DNA of 64,000 bases from Octopus vulgaris (Eukaryota): assembly GCA_951406725.2 (NCBI GenBank), contig OX597815.1, positions 121,334,001 to 121,398,000 on the forward strand. Reading direction: 5' to 3'. The notes beneath the pieces were generated by a model that saw nothing but the letters and a program-made list of their open reading frames with translations, had not been told where the DNA came from and did not search any database. This document shows positions 53,270 to 64,000 of this stretch, piece after piece. Made by a program: the position numbers and the translations under genes. Each line of letters starts with the position of its first letter. The stretch's first letter is position 1.

Positions 53270-53610
53270 GGGTAAAAGCCCCCATCATTCATGAACAACC
53301 ATGGGATTGCACCTAGAAAGTTACCCTCCGAGGCACAACTCCAAGCAAGGTTGTTTATGGAAGACCAGCAGTTGCTCATGCATACCAGCCTCCCCTCTCC
53401 ATACCACCAATGTTATCCAAGGGAAAAGCAATGGCTGTTACAGCCTGGCACCAGTGATGTCGCAACTCATTTCTACAGATGAGTGAACTGGAGCAACGTT
53501 AAATAAAGTGTCTTGCTCAAGAACACAACAGACAGCCAAGTCTGGAAATCAAACTCACTATCTCCCGATTGTGAGCCCTATGCTCTAACCACTGAGCTAT
53601 GCATCTTCAC
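53270..53610 (-). mobile_element. tRNA-derived SINE family D
   Basis: Minus strand gcatagctcagtggttagagc...gagtttgatttcc...ttcttgagcaagacacttta. Related heads at ~58868 (+) and ~62590 (-). Confidence 0.7.
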
Positions 53611-56025
53611 TATTATTATCACATATACCTTGATATTTCAAGTCATTAACCTTATTACTACCAAACCAACCTGAGACCACCCTTAGCTCTATGATACAAA
53701 CATTCCATTTTGAAGTGATCTAAATTAAAATCTTCCATCAAAATGTCATGTTAATTCATATCCCAAACTGCTGCTTGCTTAATAATGATAAATTCATTTT
53801 ACTAAAATCTTCATTATTTTTTAAATTACTTGAAACAATGACAGTCTATTTCAACAGAAATATGGTAACAAAAGAGTTAATGTTTATGAAATTAACACTA
53901 TTTACTACACTAGAGCTAAGAATAAAAAAGCAATTATCTTTTTTATGATTTTTATTGTCAGCCTAAACTCTCAGGACTCATTGCTGCAATTTTGGCCTTA
54001 TAAAAGACTTTCATGACTTTGGTGGGATTTAAAAACCAATAATTAAAAGCAATAAAAGAATTCTTTATTGCACACTATTTTCTACTTCTCAACTAAGTAC
54101 ATTATGTCTTAACCTTATAATTAGCTTTCTAGTTATGACCACATTTTAACTCCCTTCTCCTCCTCTTCCTCATCACCCTAAAGGTTGTTGGTAGCAACAG
54201 CAGCAGCAGTGATGCTACTACTGCCACTACTACCACGGCCACCATAACCACTGTTGTTATCATCACCATCACCAAGTTCACTATCACTATCATCGTTATG
54301 AAATCCTACTATTATTACCAGCATATCACTATCTCTTCCTGTGAGCTCCTTTTTTGTCTTATCTGTTAGATTCTAATTCCTGAAATTTTACTTCACCACT
54401 TCTTCCTGTGTCTTTCTCTGTCTTCTAAAATATGTACCTTCATTTGTCAGCACTCAAGGTTTTTCACCCTTCACTCATTACTCATATGTATTAACAATCC
54501 CAGTATATTCATGTTTCCTATATACTTCAGGTGTTGTTTCAAATGCTCTGTTGCTCACTCTTTCAGCTCCTTTGTGATTCAGTTTTTATTCACTTATAAA
54601 AAAAAAAACTCATTTAGATTACTTTTACACATCCAGTAATTTCTACCAAAGTGATTTCTCTTCAACCTTCATAAGTTTGTTATACTCTACTGTAGCAGGT
54701 CTCTGCCACAGTTTGAGCCCAGACTGTTTTCTTTCAATTAAAAGGTTACCACAAACAAAAACTAAACCTTTTAAAACTGAATGATGTCATGAAATAACTA
54801 ATAAGTGATATCATTATTCAATCAGCCAAAACTCTGACTGTTGTTTAAGAAAAATTTCCTAATTGTAAACCAAAAGGTCCAGTGTTCAAATCAACATATA
54901 GACCTGGTATATCACTACTGCTTCATCAGCATACAACCCCAGACTACTATATGCTTCATACACTCTGCTATTGTTGCTGAACAAGATAATAGCTCTCTAA
55001 ATGTCTTCCTCTTTTGTACACTTATTCTTCACCTTCACTACAATCACCTCCTGCATTAATTATTTCCTCCAGTCCACACTGTAAAGTAGTTGGCATTTGG
55101 AAGGGTATCTAGCTGTAAAAAAAACCATGCCAAAACAGACACTGAAGCTTGGAGCAGACTTCTACCAAGCCAGCTCCTGTTAAACTGTCCAATTCATGCC
55201 AGTATGAAAAGCAAACATTAAATGATGATGAGAGTGATGGCGATGATGATGATCATCATCATGATGATGACGACGACGACGACAATGACGATGATGGCAA
55301 CGATGACGAAAACAATGATGATGGTGATAATGATGATGACGATGATGATGACGAGAGGGAGGAGGGGGAGAAGAGGGAGGAGGAGACAAACTATGGACTA
55401 TATTTCATGGACTGTCTGAATCAGTTATATAGGTTTTTCCCACTGCTGGTGGTTATTATTTCATCAACCATAATATCATATGCGATACCACGGTTCTCCA
55501 TCAATTTGTCAGAAACTCTGCTGCACTTTTCTGTACCTACTGTTTGCATGCAGTGTGTAGTTTGAATTCCATCCTACTCTCTTCTACCTATACATTGAAC
55601 AAAAATCATTTCACAAAGAAAACTGATTTAGCTTTCCAACCACATGGTTTCAGGTTCAGTCCTGTTGTATGGTAACTTCTACTATAGCCCTGAGCTAACC
55701 AAAACCTTATGAATGGATTTGGTAATGGAAACTGAAAGAAGCCTGTCACATGCATATATTTGTATTTGGGTTTTTCTTTTACTTGTTTCAGCCATTTGAC
55801 TGTGGCCATGCTGGAGCACATCCTTTAGTTGAACAAATCAACCCCAGGACTTATTCTTTGTATACCTAGTACTTATTCTGTTGGACACTTTTGCCAAACT
55901 GCTAAGTTATGGAGACGTAAACATACCAACATCAGTTGTCAAGCAATGGTGGAGGGGGACAAACACAGACAAACAAGCATACATACACACACACACATAT
56001 ATATGTGCATACGTATGTATATATG

Positions 56026-56065
<40 letters not shown>

Positions 56066-56084
56066 TACATACATATATATATAA

Positions 56085-56945
56085 AGAGAGAGAAGAATAC
56101 AGTGTACGTTCAAACACAAAAGAGATACCCGAAGAATAGGATATCTGACTCACTAGAAAGAGCAGTTAAAACTCCAAGCCACCAATTGTTGTAATTCCGA
56201 AAGTGATTGAAAAATAAAAATTTTTACCTTAATCCTATACCCTGCAAGGTTTCTGCAGACTTACATACATATTGAAATAAGATAAATTCAGTCTATATCT
56301 GGCACTGCTTCTTCAGTAGGTTGCCAGGATCTAACACATAGACAAGGAGCAATAATAACCCGCCACATGTCTATAGGTTCTAATTTTTCGAATCTATCGT
56401 GCAGATGCAGAACTCAACCAGCACTAAATAAATAAATTGTCAATTTTCTTCCAGAATTAGCCAAAAACCATTTTATCATTAATTAAAATCTTAAGGTAGC
56501 AAGAATATTCATCGAAAAATTCTTAGTTACCAGTGGTCTAGCAAGAAAGAAAAAATTAGTCAATAGACTATATATTATTCAGAGAAGAATACAGTGTACA
56601 TTCAAACACAAAAGAGATACCCAAAGAATAGGATATCTGACTTGTTAGAAAGAGCAGGTTAAAACTCCAAGCCATCATTTGTAATTCGAAAGTGATTGAA
56701 AAATAAAAACTTTTACCTTAATCATAGACCCTGCAAGGTTTCTGCAGAATTACAACAATTGGTGGCTTGGAGTTTTAACTGCTCTTTCTAGCGAGTCAGA
56801 TATCCTATTCTTCGGGTATCTCTTTTGTGTTTGAACGTACACTGTATTCTTCTCTGAATAATATATAGTCTATTGACTAATTTTTTCCTTTTTGCTAGAC
56901 CACTGGTAACTAAGAATTTTTCGATGAATATTCTTGCTATTTTAA
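56085..56945 (-). mobile_element. Retrozyme-like element: ~490 nt unit in partial tandem plus a 5' inverted segment
   Basis: agagaagaatacagtgtac at 56089 and 56581; 56749-56945 is inverted. Full HHR at 56234-56320 (-) and an HHR 3' half at 56723-56748. Flanked by (TA)n inside a SINE. Confidence 0.85.
56234..56320 (-). ncRNA. Type I hammerhead ribozyme
   Basis: ccta-CTGAAGA-agcag..(46 nt)..ctgca-GAAA-CCTTGCAGGG-TA-tagg. Perfect 4-bp stem I, near-palindromic stem III, GUA triplet (GUC in the second copy). Confidence 0.8.
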
Positions 56946-57012
56946 TGATATATATATATATATATATATATATGCATACATATATATATATATGCATACA
57001 TACATACATACA

Positions 57013-57103
<91 letters not shown>

Positions 57104-57114
57104 GCATACATACA

Positions 57115-57147
<33 letters not shown>

Positions 57148-57731
57148 GATGGGCTTCTTTTCAGTTTTCCACTGACAAGACTTTGGTCAGCCCAGGGCTG
57201 TAGTAAAAGATGCTTGCCCACGCAATGGGACTGAACCTGGAACCATGTGATTGGGAAGCAAGCTTCTTCCCTCACTGCCATGAATGAATGCATGTATGTT
57301 TGTTTTGACCTCACGTGATTGTTGTAAATAAATGTCATTCATTTCTAATTGTCTGTGAAACATGTCTAGCCACAGGGAAATATTACTTCGCTTGCAGACA
57401 GGTAAGGGCTGACAACAAGAAGAGCATCCGACCATAGAAAATCTACTTTGATAAACTTCATCCAGACCGTGCAAGCATGGAAAAGTAGACATCAAAGTGG
57501 TGGTGGAGATGGTCGTGGTTGAGGTGGTCGTGGTGGTGGTCATCGTCGTTGTCGTCATCATCATTGTCATCATCATGGTCATGGTGGTGGAGGTGATGGT
57601 GGTGGAGGTGAAGGTGGTGGTGGTGGTGGTCATCGTCGTGGTGGTGGTGGTGGTTGTCGTCATCATCGTTGTCATGGTGGTCGTGGTGGTCGTGGTGACA
57701 GCAATGATGATGGCAGTGGCCAAAACAACAT

Positions 57732-57802
<71 letters not shown>

Positions 57803-59357
57803 TTACTTCTTAGAACTTCAGTATATTGTTTAAGTTAGGCTACATGATTGATTTGATGAATGCAGAAGAGATGGTTATAATGTGTAAGTCCATAAAAATG
57901 GTAGGTAAAAATTTAGTTTCTGTATCAGGTCAAACAATGTTCATAATAATTGATTTGCTGGCTCATGTGTATACATTGTACTGGATAAAATATAGCTAAA
58001 GTAATCAACTCTAGCTCAACATTTGGAGGAGTTGCATGTGTGATAAGCACATCTCACAGAGCTTTCTCTTCTGATAATAGAGAACATCTTTCCCTAAGTC
58101 TTTTAACTATAATACAGAAAGTCTAAACTGGAAAAATTCCAGTAATTGCTCAATATCAAAATTTACTGACTATGGTCCTAAATGTTATTAATTTCCTTTG
58201 CTTGTCAATCTAGATATAAGCTTCTATCTCTTTTTATAATGAAGCATACTTAAAGTACAGATATAATAGCTTCAATCTAAGAAAATGATCTTGTGAACTG
58301 GAGATAGTTCGACATGCATCTTAATTTCATATATAATTTCCCAATGTTGTCATGTACTAAATTTTATTCACCAAGCAGCAGAGTTAAGTAGCAAATGTAC
58401 TCTATAATAAGCAAACACTACAAAATATTCATGTCAAAAGTAATTTTCTAAATCAATTCTAGCAGTTACTTAAGTGTCAGTGATAAGGTGTGTCTGAAGA
58501 AAGCTAATGGAATAGAAATTAGAATTGACTAAATAAGACTGACAGATATGAGAACTATTGAATATAACTAACAGAAATGGGGAAGGGAATGAAAAACTAA
58601 GTAAAATGAATAGGAGCAGGCATGGTTGGGTGGTAAGAAGTTTTCCTACCAATACACGGTTCTGGGTTCAGTCCAACTGCATGGTAACTTGGGCAAGTGA
58701 CTTCTACTATAGCTTTGAACCAACCAATGCTTGTCAGTAGATGTGGTAGACAGAAATGGAAAGAAGCCCATCGTGTATGTGTGTGTGTCTGATCCAGTGT
58801 TTGTCCTCCACCACTACTTGACATCCCGTGTTCATGTATTTAAATCGTCATAACTTGTTCAGTGAAGGTGCATAGCTTAGTGGTTTGGGTATTTGGCTCA
58901 TAATCATAAAATCATGCATTCAATTCCTGGTTTCACATTGTGTCCTTGAACAAGACACTTTTTTTGACATTGGTCCAGTCCACTCAGCTGGCAAAAATTA
59001 TTAGTACCTGTATTTCAAAGGGCTAGCCTTGTCACATTCTGTGTCACACTATATCTCCCTGAGAACTACATTAAGGATACACATGTCCGTGGAGTGCTCA
59101 GCCACTTACACATTAATTTCCTGAGTAGGCTGTTCTGAAACTCTTGCTGTAACCAATTGAGTGCCAACTTAGTGGTTCAGCAAAAGAGACAGATATAATA
59201 AGTACCAGGCTTAAAAAGAAAAAGATACTGTGGTCAATTCATTCAACTGGAATTCTTCAAGATAGTGTCCCAACATGGCTACAGTCTAATGGCTGAAACA
59301 AGTAAAAAAAAAGAAAGAATAATTGGTTGTTACAATGAAATAAGCATGAAAATTTAA

Positions 59358-59577
59358 CCCTTTAGCATTCAGATTACTCTGTCAAATATAATTCTTATTT
59401 ATTCAGATTATCTTTGATTAGTCATCAATTACCTTGTAGCTTTGAGACTTCAATGATGTGATTGTTTAATTTTAGAATGATATTGTAGTGTAGGAGTGAG
59501 AGGCTGGATCTGGCCAGTTTAAAGATAAAACAGTTAGATTATTTTGGCTGGATATGGCCGGTTTAAGGGCTAAAGGG
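59358..59577. mobile_element. piggyBac-like MITE
   Basis: TTAA|ccctttagc ... gctaaaggg|TTAA. Confidence 0.75.
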
Positions 59578-61465
59578 TTAAGGAAAGGAAATAGGAAGTT
59601 GTAGTAGTTGAGACACAATTACTCCAGTAGGAATTACAGACATGGCTTCTACTTGGAATCAAGACTGACTTCTTGTCATCAAGAACTTATCTCTACTCTT
59701 TGGTACATAATGAAGAAAACGTGGGAAACAAAAATTACCTGAACAATTTATGAATTAATCATATCTTCACATCCAGCACATTATATTTTATTTGCAATTT
59801 GAGTTTCTTCAATTGATTGTCGAAAAAGTAATAAAGCAGTAATTTATAATTCCAGATGATTTTTAAAACTTACTTTTGGGGTAAATTTTGATAAACATGG
59901 TGTTCCTACTTCTTAAGTTCAGAACAGTTGAATCATAAAATTTATGCCAAATAAGTGTGTGTGTGTGCACGTGTGCATGTGTGTGCATATGCATGTGTGT
60001 GTATATCTTCCCATTGGCACTGCTTGAATAAATAATGCTGTCTGCACTTATATCCTGTGACTTTGCTGTGTGACAAATAAAGATCACTAAAATAAGTACT
60101 GAAGCTAATATATGATTAACCAAAAGCCAGCATCACCACAGTCCAATGAACAAAACAAGTGAAAGAGTAAACAAGTAAAAGAGTTTGATAACAACTTCAT
60201 CCAGTTTAGAATATTAACAATTAAAAGTTGATGAAATCTATTTTTCATTATTAACCTCAGAAGAATATAAAATGAAAGCTCATAGATGATTGTCAGTTTA
60301 AACTGTTAATTAATAAAATATCTTAATTTTGAGTAGCATCTGCAATTAATATCTGAGTTACCAATGAAAATAAGAAACAAAAACAAAAAAAATCAAAACA
60401 ATATTTTCATTTGTAATTATTCTTGAATCACAAAGCATTTAATTTTATTTGGCAACTTTACTTTATATGTTATAGCTATGTGTTTCTATAATTATTTTAG
60501 GTCTGTGGCTTGTATAAATTATAATGATTTCAACTTACTGAGAGGTTTATATAAACAAAAATAACTTCAGTTTCATTGTGGATTCAGTCACATAAAAATT
60601 CACACATAATATAAAGATTTCTTTTTAGTTAAATAAAGATAAACATGAGCATGTCATTATATGCAGAAGCATTTGATTAATTATCATCATCATCATCATC
60701 ATCATTTAATATCTGGTTTCTATCCTTGCATGGGTTGTATGGTTTGACTGGATCTGATGATTTGGAGAAATGCATCATAAAGCAACGTCTACTTTGATGT
60801 GGTTTCTATATCTGGATGCCCTTCCTAACACTATACAATGTGTACAGGCTGCTTCTTCTTTTGTGGTACCAGCACTAGTGATAATCACCTTGTAACTTGC
60901 AATGTTAAGGCCCTAAAGATAAGAGAGATGTAGAAAGAGGTAGAAACTGTGAGTAAATGAATGCAAGTGACTCTTCCATGGTAAAGTTTATAAATTAGCA
61001 GTAGTTTCAGCTATTTGTGTTGCAGACTATTCATGTTGAAAAGTCAGGCTGTCAGATGATGTCTAATATTAAATATCACCTGACTTAAATTCATGATTGC
61101 ACCAGCATTCCATTCTTCTGCCTACTCTTCTCTCAGGTCTAATCTTTTCTTGTTTTCAATCTCTCAAGTCGAGTTAACTTGATTGATTTGTAATCAACAA
61201 CTCTGATTTGTTACTACAATGGTGACATTAACATTCCATTTCAAAGATCTGGTTTTTGTTTATGAAGATTTTCCTAATTTGAAAAAAAAGTTTGATTCAC
61301 TGGTCTAAGGGGACTTCGAGGTACTGTGGTGTTTCAACATCATTGTGGGTCTCTTCAGTCAAAGCTACTCTGGACTGATGAATCTGACGAAGGTACAAGC
61401 TCTTGTTTATAAGAATCAGCAAACAAACTATTTGTTGCTACATCCAGGTACCTAACAAACAGATA

Positions 61466-61700
61466 ATAATTCATGAGCTGCACACAGAACAGTAAGATTC
61501 CAAACAATAAGATATCTATTCATTCTTAATACGTTCTGTCAGATTTGAATGTGAATCTTTGATCGATGTTGTTTTTCTCCACCAGAGATGGAGCATTCTC
61601 TGATCAAATATTCTCATTTGAATCTGCCAGAAGGTATTAAGAATGAATAGATATATTATTGTTTGGATATTTGCTGTTCTGCATGCATCTCATGAATTAT
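61466..61700. mobile_element. Foldback / MITE-like element with ~100 bp inverted arms
   Basis: ataattcatgag..ccaaacaataagatatctattcattcttaatac versus gtattaagaatgaatagatatattattgtttgg..ctcatgaattat. Confidence 0.75.
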
Positions 61701-64000
61701 ATTTTTATTCTTTTTCCTAAATTTATAAAATTTCTGTTTGAAGTGGTCGTGATGATGGGAGATGGTCTTTGTCAGAGGAAGAATGGTAGTGCCTATGACC
61801 TTTTACAGGGCCTCTAAAACAAGTGGAAAGAAGAAAGAATGATTTCCATTAAAGATATCCAAGGGTTTTTAATCATTTCATCAATTCTAAGACACTAATA
61901 ATGTTGATATTAAGGCTATAATGAAATAATTCCAGTGACTAAGATAAATCAATTTAGAATTAATTTCAAGAGCAGCAAATAAAATTGCATTCGCATATTG
62001 GAGTCTCATGAATGTCTTTTACTATAATGGATCCAAGCAAATATCTGAAATATATTCCTGCTGCTGTTTGTTGTATCTTGTATATTAAAGAGAATAATGA
62101 CAACTTACTATCACCACTACTTGTATTGCCATTACTGTCATTTGTTAATCTTCAAGAATATCAATATCTTGCCAGCTTTTAATTATCATTATTGTTTGTG
62201 TGATGAGATAATTGCTCACCTTGATTTATATTTCCAAATGAAGAAATTTGAATCACATTTTAGAAGTTACTTACTAGTTAGAGAAGGTGTATGGCTTAGG
62301 GATTAGATGTTTGACATATGATTATGGCCAGTCCCTCAGTTAGTTACAATGGTGAGTGTACTAGTTGATGCAATAAATGGAACAGCCTGCATGCATACCC
62401 TTTACATAGTTCTCACGGAAATTCAGTGAAACACAGAATGTGACAAGGTTGGCCCTTTGAGTTACAGGTACAATTCATCTTTGCCACCTGAGTGGACTGG
62501 AGCAATGTGGAATAAAGTGTCTAGCCAGGAATTGAGCTCTCAACCTTATGATTGTGAGTCAAATACCCTAACTACTAAGCCATGCACCATCACTTCTTAT
62601 GATCCTAAGGTCATAGATTCAGTTCTTGGACGCGATAGCATATTGTATCCTAGTACAAAACATTTCATTCCATATGGCTCCAGGCTACTCAACTGAAATG
62701 ATTAGCAGCCAGATGGCAGTGCAGCCCTCTCTTCTTCCAGCCATCACATCCTGAATATTCTGCTGAATCAAAACTGAAGAAGGAAAGGAGTCTATAGTCT
62801 GCCAGCAATTGCATATCTATCTAAAAACAATTAGTAAAAGCATGATACATCCTACTTAGTTACACTCACTCACTTACAAATAACAGCTGGTTGTAATTTT
62901 AATTACTAATAACTGAAGGAAAGAAAGATCCAAAATTTACAAAATTTATTAGTATTAATATAATGCAATGGAATAAATTACAAATTGCACATTTGTATTA
63001 ATGTTTAAATGAAACTGTGTTCATCTAGTTCACATTGATATGCTCTTTCTATACTGGTCTTGTTCTCTGGATCACATTTTAAAACTAAAGAAGTACAACA
63101 GTATATTTTTTTACAGGAATAGGAAAACAAAAGATTAAAACTTAAGTCTGTAGACATATTTGTCATTTTAACAAATGTACAAACATGACTGTGAGATTAG
63201 GATGTTCACTTTGCAATTATTGGTCCTGGGCTTGCTCCCATTGCATAGTACCTTAGTCTAGTGAGACCATAAAACTGCATCTGGAAAGTCTTGCTTTGAT
63301 CTCACTGGCAGAGAAGCATCTGCTGTGACTGTTGAGACTCTCATTAGAGTGACAGCCCTTGTTAGAGTTACATCATATGAAGGTGTTGTATGTCAGTCTT
63401 GTCTGAGTATGATTTTACCATAAATTTGGTTTTTTCATCACAAGCTTCAGTCTCTCCTCTCATCTTTTTTAACTTGGCCAGTATCCAGTGGGACCCCCTT
63501 CTTCCCTATATATGCTGTTGAGGCCAGCAAGTTGTTGGCACGATGGCCACAAGTAGGTGAAAGCATTACTGCAAAGCAGCCTCTTTGTAATCATTTGACA
63601 AGCAAGAAATAGTAGCCAAATATCCTTCAAATCATAGTATACTAGGAATCATTAGATGATGTAGTTCTACATACACTTAAAAAGATAGGGTGGTCATGGG
63701 CAGAATGCATTCCTGTTACACAACAACTATGGACTATGTACTAAATCACTCTGTAACACAGACACACACATGAGCATACAGACACACACATACACACATA
63801 TATATATATATATATACATGCACACACATCATACATACATATACATACATACCTACATACATACATGCATTCACTCATATTTACATGCACACTCATACTC
63901 ATACATACACACACACTCATGTATGTGCATATATGTGTGTGTGTGTGTGTGCGTGTATTGTATTATGTATGTATGTGTGTATGTATGTATGTATGTATGT

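Noticed and set aside
61355-61455. Possible minus-strand terminal exon (ttag|G YLDVATNSLFADSYKQELVPSSDSSVQSSFD*), and a CTGATGA on the plus strand
   Set aside because: No recognisable homology or partner exons. The CTGATGA lacks GAAA and stems.

Overview
AT-rich, microsatellite-dense eukaryotic non-coding DNA. The SINE, LINE and simple-repeat content resembles an octopus (coleoid cephalopod) genome; that assignment is inference. No host protein-coding exon could be supported, and most ORF-track entries are microsatellite translations. The largest feature is a young, 5'-truncated Penelope-like retroelement (PLE) at ~35388-44045. It has a YRDD reverse transcriptase, a CxCx5C linker, a C-terminal GIY-YIG endonuclease and a ~3.5 kb inverted copy of its 3' half, and it sits in the (TA)n tract of a SINE. 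There are four older PLE remnants, CR1, RTE and R4/Dong-like LINE fragments, Tc1/mariner, piggyBac-like and hAT-like DNA elements, and many tRNA-derived SINEs. The main hidden signal is a set of minimal type I hammerhead ribozyme (HHR) motifs, read by eye. They occur in the PLE 3' UTRs and in about six unrelated small non-coding repeat families (0.25-1.2 kb), most of which show the PLE-style 5' inversion, sometimes with a partial tandem. These include ~360 nt and ~490 nt retrozyme-like units and a tRNA-headed (Pol III) HHR element bounded by a target-site duplication. Together they suggest a PLE-driven set of non-autonomous ribozyme retroelements. No folding, alignment or database search was run.
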